Assembly (NCBI GenBank): GCA_010909165.1
Contig: VJWM01000068.1
Coordinates: 1,116,001 to 1,180,000, forward strand
Length of the DNA: 64,000 nucleotides
Direction of reading: 5' to 3'
Source of the DNA: Anthoceros angustus
Taxonomy: Eukaryota; Plantae; Anthocerotophyta
Of the stretch, positions 49,607 through 64,000 are shown one piece after another; position 1 is the first letter of the stretch; each line of letters starts with the position of its first letter. The notes under the pieces were generated by a model. The model saw only the letters and a list, made by a program, of their open reading frames with translations, made no database searches and was not told where the DNA came from. Both the position numbers and the translations under genes were made by a program.

Positions 49607-49730
49607 TTGAGTGTGTTGCAGGGGATCTTGCACGGTGGCAAGTGTCCCTGCATGTCGCTTTTGGCAAGACATGTCTACTGACAATAGAGGCCTCAGCGTC
49701 AGTGGCCTTTTTAGGGATCTGGACTCCCTA
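49607..49730 (+). mobile_element. CRE-like non-LTR fragment, right part, continuing 41540-41765
   Basis: agtgtg...ggggatcttgc...gtcgcttttgg...agaggcctc matches 30825-30945. Confidence 0.75.
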
Positions 49731-51105
49731 TTAGAAATGGGTAGCCATGTTACACTTTATGTAGAAATGTGAACCCCTTGATGTTGCAATTATTTTGAAA
49801 TCTTGGGATCTTGTTACACTTTTTGGGCCCCTTGTTACACTCAGGTTTGGAAAGCAACCCTCCCCCCTTGCTACACTCTTGTTGCAATCTTGTTGCAATC
49901 TAGTGAGAGGTAGTGTGTGTCCCCTCTCGAAATATCAACATAATTGCAACAACCAAAGTGTTACATGGCCTCTTGTTACAATATTGCAGAGGCTTGGTAC
50001 CGAACCTCCTCCCCATCTACATGAACCCTTGTTACTTTTACTCCCATATTTTGCCGGGGCCATTATTGTAATATGTGTACAAGGCTATACACATATTTTA
50101 CCATATCAAAACACAGTTTCTGAGGATTGTTGGTTCGGAAACATGTGTGACACCCAGGGGGTGCGTGCTTAGGGCAATGTTCGTAGACAAATACACACAA
50201 CATGTTGTCAGAGACATGTCCCGCCGGGGGCGCCAGTTGTTGAATGACTTGTGACATCTACACCTCAAGAGATGACTCACTTAGGCCTAGGTTAGCAACC
50301 ATATATACATGGATGAAAACTAGGCCAGTGAGAAAGCTAGATGGCTCTTGGCAGGAGACCTTGTACAAAGCTTCAGCAAAACATGACAGTTGTTTTGGTC
50401 AATGACTAATTTTACCAGACCTCACAATAGAATTTGCTTATGGGGGCAAGCAGACCTGGGCGGACCCTTGTTTCAGGTTAACAGCTGTGGCCAGTGCCAA
50501 GCATATCAGCAATGGAGAGCAACAATGAAAAGTGACTCAGCTCCTTACGCCAAGTACACACTGTTTCAGAATCATTAGCAGCAACATAAAGCCTGTCAGC
50601 TAGTAGTCAACATACACATAGCACAACGAGAAAGTAGTTAGAAAGCTAGAGGGCAATGCCTTACTGTTTCCGTGGCCTTCAAATGACACAATATGGTCAA
50701 ACTCTTATATGTATAATTAGCTTGTTTTCCCATTACACATGACGTTGTTGGCAGCTGCAGGAAACTCAAGGTTCCAGCGCACCAACAAGAAATACATATT
50801 CTACTAATTGCTACCTAGCCAGGGCCCATTCTTGAGAGTGCTCATAAACTCAATGCCTATCATTCCCTCCGCACGAAAACCGGTGTAAACAATAAAAACC
50901 CATAAAAGGGCTGGTTGAGCTGGAGAAATAGGTCTGTAGGTACTTATGTTCAAAGAAAATGCGATCCGAAATAAATACTGCATATAGGCACCACGTAAGT
51001 TGTAGCCCTAGCAACAAGGCAACGCGCCAAAATTCGACTTGGTTTCCGACATAGCATATCTGAGTTTATCGCAGAGGCCGCGTCGGCGGTGCGGCACAGC
51101 GAGCC

Positions 51106-55168
<4,063 letters not shown>

Positions 55169-56016
55169 TTCTCTACCCATTTCAGAGTACCTGTTAGCTG
55201 AGCATGAGTGCTGCATCGGCATTGGTGGTGTGGAGCTTGTATCAGCCCATGTTTGAGCGATGGGGTGAGTCATATCTCGTCTGTAAGCTTTGTCGTCAGC
55301 ATGTATTTGCATATACATTGTGCAATGTGTAGTCGAAGACGAGTGTTGAAAGCTGGGCAAGAGGAGAAGTGGTGACTCCTTCTAGCGTGGGCCCGGGCAT
55401 CTTGTTTCGAGAGATGACTAAACATCTTTCTTAGATCATACAACGACAGAGTTTAGGGCACGACTTTGCGTGGGGTATTCGACACAAATATGAGCTTGGA
55501 GAAAACCGTGATCGGATTGGTTCGCGACGGTAGGAAAATGTACCTCAGAGTGACCATGTGACTGGGGCCTGGTGCACGAGGACCTGTCGATGTACCGAGC
55601 GACACAGATAATCGCAACTCTCACTGCCGGTTCGAAGAGTGCGGTCTGTACTTCTCCCAGATTCACACAAACGGCGGGATAACTTTTCATACTTTACTAC
55701 TCAAAAAAGAGGCGCATAGTAGGCAATAGCTATATTCCAGTGTTGTCGGTACAGATGGGGTGTTCGAGATGCAACTGGGCACGCAGGCCGGAGTGGCCCC
55801 ACACACCACTCCGCGCTGCTAGCGACTCAGTGCCATCACATAGTCAGAGTCACTACCACGGTGGTTGTGTGACCGTCCACCACTCCTTGCCCCCGGGGCC
55901 CACTTTCCCCTCATCACAAGCTAACTCTGACATCCAAAAATTTCCTGACTATCATCTACCATCCTACAAGCTCCCACACCAGGCTCCCTGGAGAGTAAGC
56001 CCTCAACGAGGCTTGC

Positions 56017-57013
56017 TCAGATAGCTGCAAAAGCCTTCTTGCTACCTCCATCAGACGCGCCCATGGGGATCACCTTCAAGACGTTAAACCTCACCGTCTT
56101 CGACAAAGGCCTGCGATACAAACAGCAACAGCTCAAAACTCCTTGTTCCCATAGACCACAACGCTGCAATTAACGACAAATTACCATATTCGCACCTGCA
56201 CTGTCCGATGACAACCTTGTCACCCTCCTTCACACGGAAGCAAGGGGAGACGTGAGCAGCCACATTAGAGTGCCTCTTCTCATACCTGAGGCAGTTTGAC
56301 ACCCGGTGTAAGCAATCATTAGCCGGCGCAAGTTGACAACCGGGGTGACCGACAGCGTTAACCGGGGCAAACCGTCTACACACTTCCCAAGCCCTACCTC
56401 TGGTACTTTTTTACAAAATGCAAGTAATCCCTCCGCACCACAATTGTGTTGGTCATCTTCGCAGTGTACACAATCCCGGAAAGGATGCGGCCCCTGATGG
56501 ACACGTCTCCCGTAAAGGGGCACTTCTTGTCGATGTAGGTTCCTGCAAAAGCCAAAAACAGCGGCGTCAGCACCTACTTCACGCAGACAGGCAACCAAAC
56601 CCTAAAGCCCGCTCCTCAAACCGCAGAGCCGGAAAGCAATCCCACCTTCGATGGCTTCACGAGGGGTCTTGAATCCCAGCCCGACGCTCTTCCAGAATCG
56701 CTGCCCCGCCTTCCCCGGCGCCTTCCCCTTCTTTGAGGCCTTGCTACTGAATTCATCACAGGCAAAACCGGAGACGAAATTCAGCCGAAGATCAAGCCCA
56801 TGCCACATAAAGGGCTCAACAGGCTGGAGATTCAACCACAATTCCAGCTGGAAAAAAAACTCCACGGACCTGAGGAACACCTTCGGCTGCTTCAAGAACG
56901 CGCGCTCCGTCTGCACACACGCACATCCACAAAAGGCCTGTCCTCAAAACCCTAATCCCAGCCAGAACCAGAAAACCAAAGCCAGCTCCAGCTGCTTGTA
57001 CCTGCTCCGCCAT
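56017..57013 (-). CDS. RPS11: 40S ribosomal protein S11 (uS17), multi-exon
   Basis: MAEQ|[76 protein letters not shown]. Confidence 0.97.
56947..56955. promoter_or_regulatory. Telo-box (AAACCCTAA) in RPS11 intron 1; a second copy at 56597-56605
   Basis: Exact motif. Telo-boxes are typical of plant ribosomal-protein genes. Confidence 0.5.
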
Positions 57014-58689
57014 ATTTGCTGCAGTTCAGTGCTGGGCACACAGAGAAACGATCGACCAGCCTGAGCAGTAGAGGCGCTTGCACCCGAATTACGGACAGCA
57101 CTAAAGCGTTAGTCTTCGGGTTGCCAGCGTAGACGCATATATAGACTGCTCTAATTTCCAGACCGGGTAAAGGTTAAGTATTACACACAGAGCTATTATA
57201 GACTTCTTCTTCTTCTATTATGTGAACATACTACATAATACGGTTGACCGAGAATCTATGCTTTCCAAGCGCACACCGGCTACAGCCGGTTAGCCGCTGG
57301 AAAACGGGCTGCCACCGGGGGAGGCGGTCACCGTGTGGCCGGAAGTTCTACAATGGCACGCTCCTCGCCATCTCCTTCCACCCTCCCTTTCCCAGACCCG
57401 GCCACAGCACGCTACACCGTGACGCCAGACCAGGTTTAGGCCAAGCTCCGCCGTCCATCTGCATCTTTCGCCACTCCCCACTTCCATTTTCCGCTTACCA
57501 GAGGTGGCCATCGCAATTCCGCTGCCAGCCTGCGTGACTACTCTGCGCTTCCCGCCTCCCGAATTCTCTGCACAGCGCTTGCCTTGAATCTCCACTGCCT
57601 ACAGCAGCCTGCTGCGGCAGTCGCGGAATTGGCTGACTGGTACGGATTCTCTGCTGGAGTAGCGGGAGGCAGTACCGCTCTGGCCTGCGGAAGCCTTGGA
57701 TGTGGAAGCAAGCAAGCAATTTTGAGCCGTTGGAGTGCGACTGTTGCTTGTGGAATTTTGTGGCTGGAGTTTGGTGGTCTGTGACGGTTTGTGTCGGTTG
57801 TTTTGGTAGTATTGCTGCGTGGCTAGCTGTCGTCCTGCTTTCTGCTGGTGGTTGAATCCTGTTCTGCTCTCAATCTGTGCTTTGTGAGTGTGATTTCCGG
57901 TCGGAGGACCATGATTTCCTGGAAGAGTTGGCTGTGCGTGGGTGTGATGACGTCCGCCCGAGCAAGTAGCTTGCCGGGTGAAATTGGACGAGTCTGTGCG
58001 TAATTCCGTTTTGTAACGACGGTGTGAAATGGCTGCGTTTCCTCCTCTGGTTTGCTGCGGGCCTGCACACGAAGGCGAAGAACCCCGTGGTGATGATTGC
58101 TCCACAGGCTCTTGCTTCTTCTTCACGACGTTCTTCTTGTACTGTCAGCGAACGTCCTTGCAGCTGTATGACTTGAGGGCTGATCTGCAGCTACCATGGC
58201 TCTTTCTGCTGTCGCGGGTCTTGGAGCTATGTACTCAGGAGCTAGCGTTAGCGGTCTTTGTGTGTCCATCTTTCAGCAGCCCATGCGAGTGAGGTTAGGT
58301 CGCTTCTGATCTTAGACGAAGTGTTGGTTTCAGAGTGTCCGGCGGGGAGGGCTAAGACGGTTTCAAGAATCCTTGGAACCCAAGGGTTATCTGAAGAACT
58401 CATGGATTCTCGGGAAGGTTCGTTGGCTGGTGATGATGATGTTGGTGATAACTGGCTTGAGATGTTTCTAAGGTTTTGTTGTTAGACGTTGTTGCTTGTT
58501 TCTGAGGAATCGTCCACAAGTATCGTCGCAATTCCTGTCAGTTTCTTCTGTAGGCTAGAGAGCATGCCTCTCTGATGCGCTATCCATTTTTGGCTAGCAG
58601 GACGCTTGGCCGAACTCCAACCAGATGCTAGTGCCGTAGAATCAGAATGCGGACAAACAAGGGAAGCTGATTCTACACCCGGTCGTGGT

Positions 58690-60593
58690 ATGGACAATAG
58701 AGCCATCAGGGTTCTCTCTAAGGAATCGTCGGGCTTTGGACAATATTTCTGGACCTCAGATGATGATGAGATGGAATCTGCTCCAAGAGACCTTCACCAG
58801 AAGTGGAAACGGATTCTGCAGAAACGCAACTACACTGCGACTGGGGTTAATGAGGCTGATGCGGAATTTGGGGCCTCAAAGTGGCAGGACTTACCTATGG
58901 AGCTACTTGTGAGAATTCTTGGTCTTGTGGACCACCGCACTGTAGTCTTCGCCTGTGGGGTGTGCACAGGCTGGCGAGAAGCTATGCGAACTGGCATTCT
59001 GGAACTGTCTTTTTCCTGGTAAGAGCTGGGCGCTTTCTGTTGTGTCAAGCAGTTGTCGTGGCAGACTATCATTTTTCACAGAAATTCTGCTTGGAAGAAA
59101 CCCTAGCTGATGCCATAGGTGCCATATGCAGGTGTGGGCGGAGTGTCAGCAAGTTGGTCCAGTCACTGGCACCAAAATTTACTCGTCTGGAGGTGTGCAA
59201 CCTAAGAAGATGCCCCTCCCTCACTGACCAAGCAGTGGAAGCTCTTGCGCATAATTGCAATGATCTGCGCATACTTGACCTGTCCAACGGCACGCGCATC
59301 ACAAATGCCTCTTTGTTTGCTCTTGCAAGTGGCTGTGTAAAACTCGATAGGTTGGATCTCAGTGGGTGTGTCGGAGTAACAGAGCTGGGTATTGTAGCAC
59401 TAGCAGAGAAATGTAACAATCTGCGGCAATTAAACCTGTGTGGATGTGACAACGCTGGGTCTGACACAGCTTTGCAGGTATTTCAAGTTTGCTGATCCAG
59501 GATATGCAAACTTCACTGCAAGTCTAGAGGTTTTGTGGTGGCAAGAAAGAGATTGTGTGCTTTAGGAGTCATGTATATGTAGTGTTGGAGGCGGCTCCTA
59601 TTGTCGTGAAGGTACTTGACGGCAATGCAGAAGCCCGACGTTTTGTGGACGGCAGAAAGTCTCTTTCGCCTGGCTGTGCAGTCTTTTATTGGGGCATGGA
59701 TTTTGATTACGATTTTTTGATTGTTCACTGCAGGCCTTGGCCCAGAACTGCGCTGGCTTGCAGTGCCTCAATGTGGGCTGGTGTGAAAAAATCACTGACG
59801 AGGGGGTAACGGCATTGGCCCTCTGGTGCTGTGACTTGAGGGTGGTGGATTTGTGTGGCTGCTTGAAACTTACAGGTAATTTTCCTCTTTTTGGGTGCTC
59901 ATCATTTATTAGGCGGCATGGTCTTGGTTTGGAACCACAAGTGTAGAGGAGTAGTCATCTGGTTGTGCAGAGGCACTAAAGGCTTCATTCCCTAACTCGG
60001 CTGCAGATCGGAGTATTATTGTGTTGGCTGATAAGTGCCATCGTCTGAGGGCACTTGGCCTTCATTGCTGTCGGAATATTACAGACACTGCCATGTATGC
60101 ACTGGTGAACAACAGTAAGTTGAGAACAGGGAGAGGAAACTCAAAGAGGTTTGTGGGTTATCGTCAGTATAGGGGTGATTTTGGATCACGGAGTGCTGTG
60201 ACCAAGAGCAGCACAGGAAGCTGCAGCAGTAACAGCAGTAACAGCAGCAGCAGCAGCAGTGGTAGCAGTTGCAGTAGTAGCAGCGATAGTTCCACTACCA
60301 CTATCCCAGGCCGTGGATCTTTCGACTCTCTCTTGAATGATCCTGATGGCTATGGCTTGGTTTCGCTAAACCTTAGCGGTTGTGTCGCTTTGTCAGCTCT
60401 TGCAGTGCAAGCAGTTTGTGATGCTTTCCCAGCGTTACACACGTGTCCTGAGAGGTGCTCTTTAAACATAAGTGGCTGTCTTAATCTTACCTCTGTGCAT
60501 TGTATATGTGTGGTTGAAGCTCGGCGGGAAAGAGTTAATCGGGCTGCATGTGTCCGCCCACAGGTCTTCAATCCAAGAAACCGACCTCTGTGA
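58690..60593 (+). CDS. SKP2: F-box/LRR protein, SKP2-like, 4 exons
   Basis: F-box KWQDLPMELLVRIL...GVCTGWREA. Cys-containing LRRs (LDLSGC, LNLCGC, LNVGWC, VDLCGC). C-terminal AVQAVCDAFPALHTCPERCSLNISGCLNLTSVHCIC. Start codon uncertain. Confidence 0.92.
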
Positions 60594-61072
60594 CTTATGG
60601 CCCTTCTTGTTATGCCTGTCTTGTGTTGTCTCTGTACAGTCTCCCCCATTGTGGTGGTTTATACCTATGATTATACACTGCCTAGTTATTATTCATGTGT
60701 GACTCCACCGGCGGCCTCCTCATCTTCAAGGGAGTCTCAGCCGCCCTAGACTGTGGCGATTTACCAGGCTCTGCAGAGTGACCTGCGGCAGAGGTTTGAG
60801 GGAGGATACCCACTTTGGCGGTCTCATCTCATTCATCCGTAGGTACATTTGTCATGTCTTAGCGGCAGACCCAGTCGTGAATCTGCACGGGTAGCTGAGA
60901 CTGCGTGATCTGTGGTGCCAAATTGAGCGATTGGAAGACCCTCGAGGACAGGGCGAATTCTATGTGATGAGTGGGAGGGCTCAATAACACCCACAAACAA
61001 ATTGTCGCATGACTCGCAAGCGAGGCATTGCTACTGACACTGGTTGATAATGTTTTCCATCCTTCAGGTTTG

Positions 61073-62867
61073 TCATGTATCCTCTTCCAGAATTTTCTCC
61101 AACCGTTTTGAGGCGATCTCGTAGACGACGAAGGTAATTGCAGCGGCGGGAGCGGCTTTCACAACTGACGGCCCAGTTCCCTTGTACAGCCCAACCCAGC
61201 CCTCCTTCTCCACTATTCGGTTCATGGCGTCCCACATGTTCCGGTACGCCTTCTCCCGCACCCTCGCACCATATCGAAGGTCCCGGGCCAGTCCTTCAAC
61301 CTGGACACGCCCAGGAGAGGTCACGACAAGTCTCTCTCCGCTCACTCAGCTAAGGGACAAAGCAGGCCAGCCAACGCAACCCCGCACCTGAAACCGCTTC
61401 TTCACCACGTCGAGTGGGTGGCACAACACTTTCGCCACAGTTCCTGCAGCTAGCCCGCAGCAAAAATGCTCCAAACTCGATAGCTCAACCGAATGGCTCG
61501 CATCAGACCTCTCTATGTTCCAGGCCTGCAAAAAGGAGAAGGCGCGGTTTAGGCAGAGGAGAAGGAAATTCCGTGGGCAGGTTGGCTGGTAACGCCAAGG
61601 ATGTCACTCACAGAGGTCCAGCGTTTTAAAACGTCATAAGCGCCGAATTGAATCCCTGCATAGGGGACGATCTCCACTAACGACGGTACCAAGCCCGCGT
61701 ACAAGCCTGTCCATCCCTTTGTCTGAACAATGCTTCTAAAGGCAGACCTGAGATTAGGGTAGACCTGCACCAGATGGTATTATTAACATCTGAACACGCC
61801 ACTGCGGATTCCGTCACAACCTGTACAAGCAAGGGGAAGACAAAAGGACATACTTTTGGCTCCCCTTGTGATGCTAGGATGGTGCGCAATAGGTCAAATG
61901 GGTAGGATCCGATGGTGGCTGCACATCCAGCTAAAGATCCACCGGCAAACGACATGGCAGGGCCGAGCTTTGCGATGTCATCTGGTGTCAAGACAGGGCA
62001 CGTTGTTAGAAGGGTGAGCCTACCTACCAGGCTGAAACCGTTAGCAACAGAATGATGTCTAGTTGGCCACGGCTTGAAAGCCAAGCCAAGCTAAGCTCTG
62101 CATCTGCATCTGCATCTGCAGCAGTATCCGGAATCTGGCAGGATGTCAATTACACCAGGGCGAAATCTGAACCTCAAAAAACCTTGTCTCTGTTGCAAGG
62201 AGAGGTTTCCGGCAGGCTGCTGGAGAGGCCAACCTCCCTTCCTGGAGCCAGCGACATAGGCCTTAAAATTTTGCACAACAACAAATTGAATTGCTGTGTA
62301 CGGCATCACCAGCATCAGGGCTGGTAAATTCCCCCTCCACAATCCCTGATCCATACACCACACGCGCATCAGACCAGAGCTCCTAACACATCTGCAAGAA
62401 TGAGCAGGAGGGGGACACCGGCACGCACAACAATCCCTTCCTCCCGCACAATGTCCCGAGCAGCCTGGCCGATGCCGGTGTACTTCGACACTCCGGAGAA
62501 TCCAGCCGGTCCCCCGCGCCTGGTTGTGGGCTCGAGCTGGACCTGGACCAAGCACCCGACGCGACAATTCAGTCCCAATTCCCGATCCAAACGCTCTCCT
62601 TCAGAACCCAATTCTTGATGCCAGCCTCACCTGGAACCGGATCTTGATCACGTCCAGGGGCGACACCACAGTCCGGGCAGCTGCCCCTGCCACGGCCCCC
62701 GCCACTGCATCCACCGTCGCTCGCCGGTACACGTGCCTGTACTGCTGCTGCTGCTGCTGCTGCTGTTGCACATGGCCTGCGCTCTGCCCATCCGCTGCGC
62801 CATGGCCCATGCCACCAGCTGCGCTTCCCAGCCTGCTCCCGCTGCGACTGCCATGTTCTACGATCAT
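61073..62867 (-). CDS. Mitochondrial thiamine pyrophosphate carrier-like protein (SLC25 family), multi-exon
   Basis: Three carrier signatures: [32 protein letters not shown] and [11 protein letters not shown]. Also [16 protein letters not shown] and an N-terminal polyQ. Confidence 0.92.
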
Positions 62868-63290
62868 GGGCGCCAAACCCTAGGTAGATCCTCTTCCAGG
62901 ACCCACCCGCCTACCCGGCCCGGCTCTCGTCCTGCCCAAAAAGTAACGAGGACGCCGAGGCCCTGGATTCTGGATTCCGGCACCTCGTCCAGGGTGTGAG
63001 CCGTTTCAGTCGGGTAGTGAAGGACGGATCACGCTGTCTGTGCTCTTCATTCAAATCACGCACGGTTGGGTTGCACAACTGTGTGTCGTGCAGCGCTGTT
63101 CAGTTGGCGTTGGGTCATGTCATCCTCCTGAAGTGCGATATTGTAGTGGGCGATATATATACCATGTTGGGCGATAGTGAATTCATGTTGTGGCAGGATC
63201 CTAGTGGACTCTAGTTCCTGCCATTTAAACAGGCTGGGCTTGTTGAAGAAGCTGCCAAATGCGGAGTTGGTGTCGCAGGGAGAAAGCGAC

Positions 63291-64000
63291 ATGAATTTTC
63301 TGTTGCGGAATTCGCAACCCAGTGCTCAGCCGACGGATCTTCCCGCAGAGGTGGACAACAGGCTTGCGGATGGGCTGAATGCCTGGCAAGGAGGCTTGCC
63401 GGCGCTGTCGTCGGCTCCGGAATCGTACGCAACGGCTGAGGAGAGCAAGGGGTCGACAGAGTTCGGGAGAACCAGGATGCGGATGGCTATTGAAGACCAC
63501 GCGGATGTTCCTCCCGCGGAAGGCTCCATTCTGATTCCCTACAGTACGTTGTGTGATGCAGTTGGGTCTGCTGAAGGGCTTTTGCTTGAGTGTTGCAGGG
63601 TTAGGCTTTGGGTGATGTTGTGGTGCCATGGTGGCAATGTGTGCAGGGGATCTTCCGGAGAATTGGGATTCAGCTCCAGAGGTGGCAGCACTGTCGTTCT
63701 TGGATCGGGGGTTCATGTTTCCTGGTGAGCTGTTTGAGGGGTTGTGGGGTTTTCGAGCATGCTGTGTTTCGTGGGCACTGGACTGACGCATTCTGGTGCA
63801 GGGGAGCAGCTGCATGTTCTGGTCCATGTGTCGTCTCGTGACCTAGCGGTTCCAGACATTATCACTCCGTTTAAGGTTGCGGAGGCCAACAGGAGAGCGT
63901 CGCAGAATGCCGGAAACATCAATTCCAGTGCAGATGGGCAGACGTCCAATGCTGCAGGTGGGCCAGCTTGGAAGTTCGGTAAAGCTTGGAAAGAGAGGAT
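63291..64000 (+). CDS. TRAPPII-associated plant protein (TRIPP/TRS65-like), 3' truncated by the window edge
   Basis: MNFLLR...HADVPPAEGSILIPY|...LPENW...LDRGFMFP|GEQLHVL...IITPFKVAE matches the N-terminus of this plant family as I recall it. Confidence 0.75.

Noticed and set aside
57244-58600. ORFs upstream of the SKP2-like gene as separate genes or conserved uORFs
   Set aside because: No recognisable motifs. The region looks like a 5' UTR with intron(s), and conservation cannot be assessed here.

Overview
Eukaryotic nuclear DNA, about 50% GC, with many short (mostly 75-130 nt) spliceosomal introns and very compact gene spacing. This fits a small bryophyte-type plant genome, plausibly a hornwort (inference). 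Two gene-dense blocks flank a ~38 kb transposon and repeat island (~12-50 kb). The left block (1-11.9 kb) holds alpha-tubulin, H2A, a tandem USP, CCX, p24, a Rossmann-fold protein and a RING-CH protein. The right block (51-64 kb) holds MIRO, RPS11, an SKP2-like F-box gene, a mitochondrial TPP carrier and a TRIPP-like gene. The island contains satellite arrays, CRE-like REL-endonuclease non-LTR fragments, an LTR remnant, a complete-ended CACTA element with a 3-bp TSD, two tandem TraB genes and an AT-rich DUF26/Gnk2-like gene. The most notable content is a putative large DNA transposon (~14-28.7 kb). In it a Sola-like/DUF7869 DDD transposase is transcribed divergently from an intron-containing gene encoding a ParB-like domain fused to a bacterial-type beta-class N6-adenine/N4-cytosine DNA methyltransferase. 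The element carries five exact copies of a 16-bp palindrome (GGCGCCGGCCGGCGCC), some at the centre of long hairpins. Reading frames in the island are broken by many single-base indels, either real decay or long-read assembly error, so those proteins are reconstructed by eye across frameshifts.
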